In this document: one piece after another, positions 10,613 to 20,533 of the stretch | Layout of the letters: every line of letters starts with the position of its first letter | Numbering within the stretch: position 1 is the first letter of the stretch | NCBI GenBank assembly: GCA_034530615.2 | Contig: JAVRCV020000051.1 | Span: 1-64,000 of the forward strand | Origin: Aulosira sp. ZfuVER01 | GTDB taxonomy: Bacteria > Cyanobacteriota > Cyanobacteriia > Cyanobacteriales > Nostocaceae | Direction of reading: 5' to 3' | Length of the DNA stretch: 64,000 bases | Program-made: the position numbers and the translations under genes | The notes under the pieces: generated by a model | Database searches by the model: none | What the model saw: the letters and a program-made list of their open reading frames with translations, nothing else | Told to the model about the DNA's origin: nothing

Positions 10613-10728
10613 GAGGGTGGGAAGTGTGGGGAGTGTGAGGAGTGTGGGGAGTGTGGGGAGACATAGGACAAGGGAGAAATGCCCAATGCCCAATGCCCAA
10701 TGCCCAATACCCAATACCCAATACCCCA
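10613..10728. repeat. STRR array (GTGTGGGGA; ATGCCCA/ATACCCA)
   Basis: Tandem 9- and 7-mers. Confidence 0.9.
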
Positions 10729-10823
10729 CCAATTAATGTCTGGTTAACCCCCCAAAAATCTAGTGCCCTTTATTATGAGTAATTTTGTAAAGTAAAGATA
10801 AGTAAAGAAAGTGATTTAACAAG

Positions 10824-11498
10824 ATGGCTGCTTTAAGCTTAGAGGAAATTTCTGTTCAGTTAGAAAGTCCAAATTTGCGCGATCGCATGGTAGCTCTAGC
10901 CAATCTGCGAGATGTTCCGTCTGAAGATGCCCTACCGTTAATTAAAAAGGTGTTGCATGACGAATCTCTGCAACTGCGTTCAATGGCAATTTTTGCTTTG
11001 GGAATTAAACAGACGCCAGAAAGTTATCCACTTTTAGTAAAAATTCTCGAAACTGACCCAGATTATGGGATGCGTGCTGATGCTGCTGGAGCCTTGGGAT
11101 ATCTAGGCGATGCCAGAGCCTTTGAGGTGCTGTCACGGGCGTTTTATGAAGATACCGATTGGCTAGTACGCTTTAGTGTGGCAGTTTCTCTAGGCAATAT
11201 TAAAGATCCGCGTGCCCATGCCATTCTCATTCAAGCGCTGGATAGTGAAGAAGTTATATTACATCAAGCTGCGATCGCGGCATTAGGAGAGATTAAAGAT
11301 ATTGAATCTGTAGATCTCATCCTCCGCTTTGCCCAGTCAGAAGATTGGTTAGTGCGCCAGCGTCTTGCAGAAGCCTTAGGTAATCTTCCCACTCCCAAGA
11401 GTGTATCAGCTTTGAAATACCTAGAAAAAGATAGCCATCCCCACGTTGCTGAAGCAGCGAGAATTTCTCTTGTGCGGCTCGAAACAACAGGTGATTAA
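10824..11498 (+). CDS. nblB: HEAT-repeat phycobilisome degradation protein, NblB-like
   Basis: PBS-lyase HEAT repeats (RSMAIFALG, RADAAGALGYLGD, WLVRQRLAEALGNL). Confidence 0.75.
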   Translation: MAALSLEEISVQLESPNLRDRMVALANLRDVPSEDALPLIKKVLHDESLQLRSMAIFALGIKQTPESYPLLVKILETDPDYGMRADAAGALGYLGDARAFEVLSRAFYEDTDWLVRFSVAVSLGNIKDPRAHAILIQALDSEEVILHQAAIAALGEIKDIESVDLILRFAQSEDWLVRQRLAEALGNLPTPKSVSALKYLEKDSHPHVAEAARISLVRLETTGD

Positions 11499-11677
11499 AC
11501 TTAGTCAAGGGGCATTGGGCATTGGGCATTTCTCCCTTGTCCCCCTTGTCCTCCTTGTCCTCCTTGTCCCCCCACACTTCCCACACTTCCTTCTCCCAGG
11601 CTATACCCTCAGCAACACCTCCTGCTACCTTGTTATAAGTGGGATTTTCAGCATTTTGATGCAGGTGAGTTTCAATT

Positions 11678-12244
11678 ATGAATATAGAAGAGTTTTTTGA
11701 ATTGAGTGCTGGTAAATGGTTTTCCCATCGCACCAGTCATCTTTTGGCTGTTAAGCAATCCGAAGACGGTAAATCAAATATCACCATTGAAATGCTGGCA
11801 GCAGATCATCCACAGGTAATCAAACTGTGTCAAAAATATGAAGTTAACCCAAGTAGCGCAGCTTGTGGTGTCATAGTTACTGGGAACGGTGCTATACCAG
11901 GGGACAAAGAAAAACATAGTGGCTCTACTGTGTTAGTTACAGTACCAGATGCAGATAACCCCAATGAAGGCAAGTTACTGTGGGAAATTGGTGATGCACA
12001 AAAAGCGCCAACCGCCGGACGATATAAACTTGGCAATGATGAAGCTTTAACACTAACTACAGAGTCTGAAACCACACGTTCTGAGGAGCGTATATGGTTT
12101 GCTAGCCCCAATTTGCGGATGCGAGTCAGTGTTGTAAAACACTTAGATGGCTTTAGCATGGGTTCTTTCACAACTGAGATTCGCATGGGTGGCGCTCCAG
12201 CAAACGCGAAAGCATCACCAGCAGCTAATACAGCATCAAGTTAG
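11678..12244 (+). CDS. CpcS/CpeS family phycobiliprotein lyase-like protein
   Basis: [21 protein letters not shown]...[14 protein letters not shown]...SFTTEIRMG. Confidence 0.88.
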   Translation: MNIEEFFELSAGKWFSHRTSHLLAVKQSEDGKSNITIEMLAADHPQVIKLCQKYEVNPSSAACGVIVTGNGAIPGDKEKHSGSTVLVTVPDADNPNEGKLLWEIGDAQKAPTAGRYKLGNDEALTLTTESETTRSEERIWFASPNLRMRVSVVKHLDGFSMGSFTTEIRMGGAPANAKASPAANTASS

Positions 12245-12553
12245 TTGTGCCAGGGAAATTACAATAATATCCAAATGGTAGGGGCACAATATATCGTTGT
12301 GCCTTAAACCTTTGGTGTAGTGAATTTTTGATTGCGAAGCGATCGCATACAATATCTATTACATACAACAGCTAAAAACCCAAAAATATAATTCTTTTGG
12401 CTAGAAAACGGGGTATTGGGCAAGAAGGAGAGATGGAGAAGAAAACTCCCCACACTCCCTTGTCCCCCCTGTCCTTTTTCATACATGGCGATGCAATTTT
12501 TTCATCGGGACTACCTTCTGCCTTCCTCACCAGCCCCTACCAAATAAAAAAGA

Positions 12554-13978
12554 ATGAACCCAGAGAAATTGGCAAAACTGCGGGATTTATGCCGCGATGA
12601 AGCGGCATTTGAGCAAATCAAGCAGATCCTGGGCGAAGAAATTTTAAAATCTAAGTATGAAATCAATCGGGCAAACTTCCAGGTACAGCAGCAAAAAGCA
12701 TTATTTCGTGTAATTACTCGCCTACGCGAACCTATAGACCTAGAAACAATTTTTCACTCTACAGCTACCGAGGTACGCCAACTTTTGGCAGCAGACCGAG
12801 TCGGGATGTTTCGCTTCTACCCAGATTCTGGTTGGGATGATGGGGAATTTGTTTCTGAAGATGTAGACCCAGCTTTTCCCTCAGCTATGGCGCAAAGAAT
12901 TCATGACCACTGCTTTGGCGAGCAATTTGCAATCCATTATCAGCAAGGAAGAATTCAGGCTGTCGCAGATATTTACAATCACGGGTTGAGTGATTGTCAC
13001 ATCCAAGTTCTAGCTCAATTTCAAATTAGAGCCAACTTAGTAGTACCCCTATTACAGAGTGGTAAACTCTGGGGATTGTTGTGTATTCAACAATGTCGTG
13101 CTACACGAGAATGGCAAGCTACAGAAATTGAGTTTGCTACCCAAATTGCCAGTCATTTAGCTGTAGCGCTGCAACACGCAGAACTCCTTGCAGGTGTCCA
13201 AGCAGAAGTACGAGAGCGCCAGCAGGCCGAACAAGCGGTAATTTCTCTCAACCAAGGATTACAACGAGCAATTATTGAACTAGAGGCAGTAAATAAAGAA
13301 CTAGAAGCGTTTAGCTACTCTGTCTCCCACGATTTACGTGCCCCCCTACGTAGTATTGATGGCTTTAGTCAGGCTTTACTAGAAGACTACGAAGACCAGC
13401 TAGATCAAGCAGGAAAGAACTATCTCCAGCGAATTCGGCTAGCTACGCAACGAATGGGTCAATTGATCGATGACCTCCTCAATTTATCTCGGTTGATGCG
13501 TAGCGAGATGCATTTGGAAGTCGTGGATTTAAGTTTATTAGCGAGGCAAATCTGCACAGATCTGCAAGAAACTCGGCCAGGGCGACAGGTAGAGTGTGTG
13601 ATTCAACCGGGACTTATAGCGCAAGGAGATAGCCGACTGTTGCAAATGATGTTGACAAACTTATTTGACAATGCCTGGAAATTTACCTCCAAGCACACCA
13701 AAGCCAAAATTGAGTTTGGCAAAATGCCTCAAGAAAGTGCCATTCCAGTCTACTTTCTTCGAGATGACGGTGCGGGCTTTGATATGGCCTACGCCAACAA
13801 ATTATTTGGCCCCTTCCAGCGCCTGCACAGAATCGATGAATTTCCTGGAACTGGAATTGGGCTAGCCATAGTGCAACGAGTTGTGCATCGGCATGGTGGT
13901 CGGGTCTGGGCAGAAGGAGTTGTAGAACAGGGAGCTACTTTTTACTTTACATTAGTAGCAGACGAGGCTGGAGCATGA
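12554..13978 (+). CDS. Cyanobacteriochrome GAF (DXCF-type) sensor histidine kinase
   Basis: GAF with DHCF and DCH motifs, LWGLLCIQQC; H-box FSYSVSHDLRAPL; NAWKF, DDGAGFD, GTGIGL. Confidence 0.9.
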   Translation: MNPEKLAKLRDLCRDEAAFEQIKQILGEEILKSKYEINRANFQVQQQKALFRVITRLREPIDLETIFHSTATEVRQLLAADRVGMFRFYPDSGWDDGEFVSEDVDPAFPSAMAQRIHDHCFGEQFAIHYQQGRIQAVADIYNHGLSDCHIQVLAQFQIRANLVVPLLQSGKLWGLLCIQQCRATREWQATEIEFATQIASHLAVALQHAELLAGVQAEVRERQQAEQAVISLNQGLQRAIIELEAVNKELEAFSYSVSHDLRAPLRSIDGFSQALLEDYEDQLDQAGKNYLQRIRLATQRMGQLIDDLLNLSRLMRSEMHLEVVDLSLLARQICTDLQETRPGRQVECVIQPGLIAQGDSRLLQMMLTNLFDNAWKFTSKHTKAKIEFGKMPQESAIPVYFLRDDGAGFDMAYANKLFGPFQRLHRIDEFPGTGIGLAIVQRVVHRHGGRVWAEGVVEQGATFYFTLVADEAGA

Positions 13979-14418
13979 GTGTGAGCAATAAAATGATTTT
14001 ACTGGTAGAAGATAATCCTGATGACGAAGCTTTAGCTATTCGCGCACTCAGGCGCAATCATATCAGTAATGAGATAGTAGTAGCTCGCGATGGTGTAGAA
14101 GCTCTAGATTTCCTCTTTGGCACTGGAGTTCACGCTGGTCGGGATATTAGCATTAAACCCACCGTAATTTTGCTGGATTTGAAGTTACCCCGGATTGATG
14201 GTCTGGAAGTATTGCGTCGTTTGCGAGCAGACAGACGTACTAGCGTACTACCTGTAGTCATCTTGACTACTTCCAGTGAAGAACAAGATTTACTTAAGAG
14301 TTACACCTTGGGGTGCAACAGTTATATTCGCAAACCCGTAGATTTTATCCAGTTTACGGAAGCAGTCCGACAACTAGGAATGTACTGGTTACTAATGAAC
14401 GAGGTACCATCCCTTTAG
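13975..14418 (+). CDS. Single-domain response regulator (Rcp1-like)
   Basis: ILLVEDNPDD, LLDLKLP, LTTS, NSYIRKPVDF; ATGA overlap with the kinase. Confidence 0.93.
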   Translation: MSVSNKMILLVEDNPDDEALAIRALRRNHISNEIVVARDGVEALDFLFGTGVHAGRDISIKPTVILLDLKLPRIDGLEVLRRLRADRRTSVLPVVILTTSSEEQDLLKSYTLGCNSYIRKPVDFIQFTEAVRQLGMYWLLMNEVPSL

Positions 14419-14431
14419 AGAGTTAGTCAAG

Positions 14432-16717
14432 ATGCTCCCCTACCTGAATGTTTTGATTGTTGAGGATTCGGAAGATGATACTCTCCTACTTTTAAGAGAG
14501 TTGTACCGCAGTGGATATACTGTCAACTATGTTAGAGTTGATACTGCTGATGGGATGGAGGCAGCGTTAAATCAACAATCATGGGACATTGTAATTGCAG
14601 ATTACAGTCTTCCTGCCTTCAGTGGTTTAGATGCCCTCAAGCTTCTCCAAAGGCAAAAGCTGGATTTACCATTTATCATTGTCTCCGGTACGATTGGTGA
14701 AGATATTGCTGTAGCTGTCATGAAAGCTGGCGCTCACGACTATCTCATTAAAGGTAATCTCACCCGCCTTGTGCCTGCGGTAGAGCGAGAGTTGCGGGAA
14801 GCGGAGGAACGGTACAAACGGCATAGTGCAGAACAAGCTTTTCGAGAAAGCGAAGACCGCTTTCGCACACTCTGCGCCTCGGCTCCTTTGGCGATCTTTC
14901 AAACCGATGCTAAAGGAAAGTTTACCTACAATAATCCTTTATGGTATGAAATTTCCGGCTTAAGCGCCGAGGAGAGTTTAGGCTGCGGTTGGACACAAGC
15001 GATTCACCCCGAAGATAGAGACGAGGTTTTTCAAGATTGGCAGCAGACAATATGCGAACAAAGCACCTGGGTGCATGAGTACAGACTGCTGACTCCCCAA
15101 GGCAAGGTACGATGGGTACGTGCCCTTGCTAGCCCGATGTACTCAGCTGAAGGAAGATTTTTAGGTCATGTAGGGACAGTTGAAGATATTAGCGATCGCA
15201 AACAAGCAGCCCAGAAAATCTACGAACAAGCAGCATTGTTAGATATTTCCACAGATGCGATCGCAGTTCGTGACCTGGAAAATCATATCTTGTTTTGGAA
15301 TCAAGGTGCAGAGCGTCTTTACGGATGGACGACAGCAGAAGTTATAGGAAGAAATGCTGCTAAACTCTTATTTAAATCTGGGGAAACTTCGCCACCGTTT
15401 TCGGAAATCCAGAAAGTATTAGCTAAAGATGGTAAATGGCAAGGCGAGTTACAGCAAGTCACAAAAGATGGCAAAGAAATCATTGTCGCCAGCCGTTGGA
15501 CACTGATGTGCGATGAAGCGGGTAATCCGAAATCTATTCTCACACTCAGTACCGATATTACTCAAAAAAAGCAACTTGAAGCACAATTTCTCCGCGCTCA
15601 AAGGCTGGAAAGCTTGGGTAGTCTTGCAAGTGGTATTGCCCACGACTTCAACAATATCCTGACGCCAATTTTGGCAACTGCACAACTGCTACCTCTCAAA
15701 CTCCCCGAACTCGATGAAAATACTCAGCAACTACTACGGATCCTAGAAGGAAGTGCTAGGCGAGGTGCTGATTTAGTCCAGCAAATTCTATCTTTTACAC
15801 GCGGCGTAGAAGGTAGTCGTGCGATCGTTCAAGTACGGCACTTGCTTTCAGATATAGCGCAGGTTGCTCAACGTACCTTCCCCAAATTTATTGAAACCAA
15901 AACTGATATCGCCCCAGACCTGTGGACAGTTTTTGCCGATGCAACTCAACTTCATCAAGTATTAATGAACCTATGTGTGAATGCGCGTGACGCCATGCCC
16001 GACGGCGGTACTCTGAGGATTAGTGCAGAAAACTTTTGGATTGATGAAAACTACGCTAATATGCACATCGATGCTCAAGAAGGTTTTTATGTTGTCATCA
16101 CCATCGCTGATACAGGAACAGGCATTCCACCAGAAATAATGGATCGGATTTTTGATCCCTTTTTTACCACCAAAGAAATCGGCAAAGGAACAGGTCTAGG
16201 CCTTTCTACGGTCATGGGTATTATTAAAAGTCACAACGGTTTTGTGACAGTGTACAGCGAACTAGAGCAGGGAAGCTGTTTTAAGGTTTACTTACCGAGT
16301 AGAGAAGCTAAAGAAACTAAACTAGTCACCAATACAGAACTGCCAAGCGGTAATGGCGAATTGATTTTAGTAGTAGACGATGAAGTCTCAATTTGCCAAA
16401 TCGCTAAAACTACCTTAGAAAGTCATAATTACAGGATTTTAACTGCTAGTGATGGTATTGGAGCCTTAGCACTTTACGCCCAACACATTGATGACATCAG
16501 TGTAGTGTTAATAGACATGATGATGCCAGTCATGGATGGTGCTAGCACAATACTCATGTTGCAACGCATGAATCCCAAAGCACAAATTATTGCCATGAGT
16601 GGAATCATGGCCTATGAAGCTGCTGCTCAAAAAAAGAGCCTTGGTATCCGAGAATTCCTCCCAAAACCCTTTACAGCCCACGTGTTGCTTAACACGTTGC
16701 AGGAGGTTCTTTCGTAA
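14432..16717 (+). CDS. Hybrid histidine kinase REC-PAS-PAS-HisKA-HATPase-REC
   Basis: [56 protein letters not shown]. Confidence 0.93.
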   Translation: MLPYLNVLIVEDSEDDTLLLLRELYRSGYTVNYVRVDTADGMEAALNQQSWDIVIADYSLPAFSGLDALKLLQRQKLDLPFIIVSGTIGEDIAVAVMKAGAHDYLIKGNLTRLVPAVERELREAEERYKRHSAEQAFRESEDRFRTLCASAPLAIFQTDAKGKFTYNNPLWYEISGLSAEESLGCGWTQAIHPEDRDEVFQDWQQTICEQSTWVHEYRLLTPQGKVRWVRALASPMYSAEGRFLGHVGTVEDISDRKQAAQKIYEQAALLDISTDAIAVRDLENHILFWNQGAERLYGWTTAEVIGRNAAKLLFKSGETSPPFSEIQKVLAKDGKWQGELQQVTKDGKEIIVASRWTLMCDEAGNPKSILTLSTDITQKKQLEAQFLRAQRLESLGSLASGIAHDFNNILTPILATAQLLPLKLPELDENTQQLLRILEGSARRGADLVQQILSFTRGVEGSRAIVQVRHLLSDIAQVAQRTFPKFIETKTDIAPDLWTVFADATQLHQVLMNLCVNARDAMPDGGTLRISAENFWIDENYANMHIDAQEGFYVVITIADTGTGIPPEIMDRIFDPFFTTKEIGKGTGLGLSTVMGIIKSHNGFVTVYSELEQGSCFKVYLPSREAKETKLVTNTELPSGNGELILVVDDEVSICQIAKTTLESHNYRILTASDGIGALALYAQHIDDISVVLIDMMMPVMDGASTILMLQRMNPKAQIIAMSGIMAYEAAAQKKSLGIREFLPKPFTAHVLLNTLQEVLS

Positions 16718-16766
16718 GTCAGAGTTTGGGGAGAAATGGGACAAGGGGGACAAGGAGGACAAGGGG

Positions 16767-16811
16767 GAGCCACTGCGTTGCGCGGGTTCCCCGCGTTGTA
16801 GCAAGTGGCGT
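16767..16811 (+). repeat. ~45-bp short dispersed repeat inserted in a STRR array
   Basis: GAGCCACTGCGTTGCGCGGGTTCCCCGCGTTGTAGCAAGTGGCGT; a related copy lies on the reverse strand at 38869-38913. Confidence 0.8.
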
Positions 16812-16846
16812 TGACAAGGGAAGAAATGCCCAATGCCCAATGCCCA

Positions 16847-18145
16847 TTATTCCAATTCATCAATTGTGGCAGGAATATGAGGCTTTGTATCATGAGCAGT
16901 ATTTCGCTCATACCAACTCATTAATGGAGTCGCGCTAATTCCATGCACAATTACAGAAAATACAATTGTCGTATAAGTTATCCAAGCAATTTGTTCGGCA
17001 GTTTCACCTTTTAAGCCATTACCATAAGCGTAGGCAAGATAATATAAAGAGCCAACACCACGAATACCAAACCAGCCAAATAACCAGCGAGTTACTGGAT
17101 TCAAAGTTCGGCGGTGGGAATTTAAAGGACGTTTTCCGATTGTACTAATCCAAACACCTACAGGTCGGATAACTAAGAATAACAAAACTATCACTAACAA
17201 AGATTGAGCCGCATAATTTAACATTGGCTGCAATAATAATATCGACCCCAAAAGCAAAATTGTCCCAACTTCTAAGAGTCTTTCTAGTCGCTCAATAAAT
17301 CCTAATTGTGCAAGTGATTTATCTGGATTTTGATAACTACGTTGAGCAACTAAACCAGCCACAAATACTGCTAAAAAACCATATCCATTGACTATTTCCG
17401 TGAGAGAATAAGTCACAAAAATAATACTAATTGCAATAAAATCTTCCATCAAATTATCAGCAGGGCGATGCTTTTGAATTCTTTTGTCAAACCAAACTAT
17501 GGCTTTGGCAACAATAATTCCCATGACGATACCAGCAGCGATCGCCCAAATTAAATCAACTAACAACCAACTTTTCAACCAATTATCCCAATTGCTATCT
17601 TTTAGGGCATAAATCCCAAAATAAACGAAGGGAAATGCTAAAGCATCATTCAAACCACCTTCGGAAGTTAAACCAAAGCGCAACTCATCGCGATCATTTG
17701 TATCGGTTAGTTGGACTTCTGAGGCTAAAACTGGGTCAGTTGGTGCGAGAATGGCTCCCAATAAAATCGCTGCTCCCCAATCCATACCTAGAAATAATTT
17801 ACCTACAATAGCTAGGGCAAAAATTGAAATTGGCATCAAAAATCCTATGAGGCGGGCTGTAATATCCCAAATTCCTAATTTGAGAGGTCGCACTATTTTT
17901 AAGCCACAGCTAAACACAGAAATAATGACTACAAGTTCGGCAATACGCTCTAGAACCTCGGCATTAAATACATCATCGCGACGCAATTGAATCAGCCCTA
18001 AGCCATAAGGCCCTAAGAAAATTCCAACCAATAGATAGATGAGGGCAAAGGAAAGTGGTAAACGTGAAATCCATCCTGACCCTAATGTGACCATCAGCAA
18101 AAGTAGCCCAATTATCAACAGGTCAAGAATATAAATATCTACCAT
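16847..18145 (-). CDS. CPA1-family cation:proton antiporter
   Basis: Multi-TM; AILAPTDPVLAS, SEGGLNDALAFP, WFGIRGVGSLYYL. Confidence 0.92.
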   Translation of the reverse strand: MVDIYILDLLIIGLLLLMVTLGSGWISRLPLSFALIYLLVGIFLGPYGLGLIQLRRDDVFNAEVLERIAELVVIISVFSCGLKIVRPLKLGIWDITARLIGFLMPISIFALAIVGKLFLGMDWGAAILLGAILAPTDPVLASEVQLTDTNDRDELRFGLTSEGGLNDALAFPFVYFGIYALKDSNWDNWLKSWLLVDLIWAIAAGIVMGIIVAKAIVWFDKRIQKHRPADNLMEDFIAISIIFVTYSLTEIVNGYGFLAVFVAGLVAQRSYQNPDKSLAQLGFIERLERLLEVGTILLLGSILLLQPMLNYAAQSLLVIVLLFLVIRPVGVWISTIGKRPLNSHRRTLNPVTRWLFGWFGIRGVGSLYYLAYAYGNGLKGETAEQIAWITYTTIVFSVIVHGISATPLMSWYERNTAHDTKPHIPATIDELE

Positions 18146-18279
18146 AGATATGAGTATAAAAAATGAGTTTTGCACTGCAAGTTTAGTAGTATTGCTGATA
18201 GCTCTAAATCACCCTTAGGCTGATTTTATTTTTCTAATTTTGCGTGCAGTGGTAGATTGATCTGGTTGTACCTGCCGAG

Positions 18280-18368
18280 CTATATTGCTGCGCGGAATAC
18301 ATAATCAGCTTTTCCCAAGGGTTTTAGACATTTCCAATGGGTGCTTTATTTACGCCCTGTTGTACTAG
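18280..18368. repeat. Degenerate MITE-like repeat with CTAGTAC-type ends
   Basis: ctatattgctgcgcggaa...tttatttacgccctgttgtactag; a similar left end, ctagtaccgctgcgcgg, lies at 61474. Confidence 0.5.
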
Positions 18369-18963
18369 CTCGCCCAACAGCACCATACACTCTGCTAAGT
18401 TACTCAGGTTGAAGTAAAATTATTGTTATATTTGTTACCACGTAAGGCAAGTCAATTAATTTACTTAGCTATTAGGCTAATTTTTATACTAAAAATTTAC
18501 TTTCAAAAAATTTAACTGCTGTTGAACATAATAAAATCTCATATTTTAATAAAAAAGCCTAAATATTGGCAATAAAATTTTTTGTTGTTATCATGTGGCA
18601 AATCTATAATTTGATACTGCCGTACTTAAGTGTTTAGCAATCTAATTGCAGAGCATCAAGAAAAACTTGGTGCTAGAAAATTTATAATTTGCCAATCTCA
18701 TCCGTAAAATTACTATGTCAGCTAGTCTAACGCCAGAACAGTTGACAGTAAGTCTAAGTGTTACGTATTCCGCGATAAATCGTGAGGAAAATGAACGCTT
18801 TAAGCCCTCGCTACTAGCTATGCAGAAGATTGAGGTGATGTAGGAAGAGATGGGCGAACAAAGTCAGGATTAGACATCATTCTTCATGTGAATTTTGCAC
18901 TTAGGAAATCACAAACTATCAAATAACCTTGCACTAGAGAAAGCTTCACTAAATTTATTAAAT

Positions 18964-20412
18964 ATGACTACCGTTTTACAGATTGCAAACAAACAACTCA
19001 CGGGTGAAGAATTGATTTCTTGTCTGAATCGTTCTCATCTCCTACCGCAAGTTCTCAGGGAAGTAATTATCGAACAAGCGATCGCATCAATTGACTATAC
19101 CCTAGATGAACTTCATTCTTTTTGCCAACAGCTTCAGCAAGCAAACCAAACTCAAGTAAATTTTCAGCATGATTTAGAGGCGAGTGTCGTTCGTCAACTC
19201 AAGATTCATAAATTTCAAAAAGCTAACTGGGGCGATCGAGTTGAATCTTACTTCCTTTCTCAAAAACACCGTTTAGAGCGAGCCTCTTTTTCTCTGATTC
19301 AAATATCTGATGGCAGAATGGCCCAAGAAATTTATTTTCGCCTTACAGAAAATGAACATAGTTTTGCAGAATTGGCAAAACAATACTCTCAAGGTTTGGA
19401 AGCACAAAATGGTGGATGGGTTGGCACATTAAAACTTAGCTATCTTCATCCAAAATTATCTGAAATTCTCCGTACCAGTCAACCAGGAGAAATTTCGCCG
19501 ATTGTGTACTTAGAAAAAATGTTTTTTATTGTGCGCTTAGAACAGTTTATTCCTGCTCAATTGAATGCACAAATGCGCCAAGAATTGCTTCAAGAGATGT
19601 TTGATAATTGGTTGCAAGAACAAATTATTCAATATAAAGATGCAGTTTGCTTAGATACCTTCTCTGAGTCTCATATTGTTGTTCAGAATACCGAAGAACT
19701 TCCAAGCAAATCCGCAGAAACAAAACTCGAATTTGGTAAAAATGCGATTCTAAACACTGTACCAAATTTACCAGAAGCTAATTTTCTAGGAAATTTAAAA
19801 TCAGAGAAACCAAAAACTCGGTCTATTTCTCTATTTTATCAGTCGCAAAAAACGAAATTTGCGGCAGCTTTATTGCTGTGTTTGTTAATCGGAGGATTTG
19901 GCGGTTTTTATCTTTCTACCCACAATCTACCCTTATCGTATGCAACTTTGGTGCCCGCGGTTTCAAAGACCAATACTTTCCACACAGCAATAAATCTGGC
20001 AACACAAGCAGCAAACCTCAGTCAAATCGCCCAATCGCTAGCAGAATGGGAACAAGTAACACAGACTTGGAAAAGTGCGATCGCACTTTTAAAGTCCCTT
20101 CCCAAAACCCATCCTCATTACACTCTCGCTGCCCACAAAATTAACGAATACGAGCGCAATTTAAACTACGCACATCAATATACGCAAAATAGATTCCATC
20201 TTGCCGTTAATTATGCTACAACTGCTGCCAACTTAACTCAAGCAGCTTCTAAGAGTGAAGATTGGAAAGTTGTCATTAAGCATTGGCAAGGTGCGATCGC
20301 GTTAATGAAATCCGTTCAACTTAATAGTCCTAAATATTCTGTTGCAAAGCAAAAAACAATTGAGTATCAGCACAATCTCAACTACGCTCAGGCAAACATA
20401 TTGAATCATTAA
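18964..20412 (+). CDS. PpiC/parvulin-type PPIase fused to a TM segment and a duplicated helical domain
   Basis: WGDRVESYFL, FAELAKQYSQGLEAQNGGWVG; TM FAAALLLCLLIGGFGGFYL; two copies of FHxAxNxATxAANL..W..V...W..AIAL.K. Confidence 0.85.
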   Translation: MTTVLQIANKQLTGEELISCLNRSHLLPQVLREVIIEQAIASIDYTLDELHSFCQQLQQANQTQVNFQHDLEASVVRQLKIHKFQKANWGDRVESYFLSQKHRLERASFSLIQISDGRMAQEIYFRLTENEHSFAELAKQYSQGLEAQNGGWVGTLKLSYLHPKLSEILRTSQPGEISPIVYLEKMFFIVRLEQFIPAQLNAQMRQELLQEMFDNWLQEQIIQYKDAVCLDTFSESHIVVQNTEELPSKSAETKLEFGKNAILNTVPNLPEANFLGNLKSEKPKTRSISLFYQSQKTKFAAALLLCLLIGGFGGFYLSTHNLPLSYATLVPAVSKTNTFHTAINLATQAANLSQIAQSLAEWEQVTQTWKSAIALLKSLPKTHPHYTLAAHKINEYERNLNYAHQYTQNRFHLAVNYATTAANLTQAASKSEDWKVVIKHWQGAIALMKSVQLNSPKYSVAKQKTIEYQHNLNYAQANILNH

Positions 20413-20413
20413 A

Positions 20414-20525
20414 AATCTCCCGGTTGTGTAGATTTCGCTTTGCTCATTGACGCGAAAAACCGGGAGATTCTTGGTTCCACGAGTAGGGACGGGTTTAGAG
20501 ATATCATCAATCATCCCATCCCTAC
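20414..20525. terminator. Hairpin and GTAG-type REP between convergent genes
   Basis: aatctcccggtt...aaccgggagatt (20414-20469); gtagggacggg...cccatccctac (20483-20525). Confidence 0.6.
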
Positions 20526-20533
20526 TTAACCAT

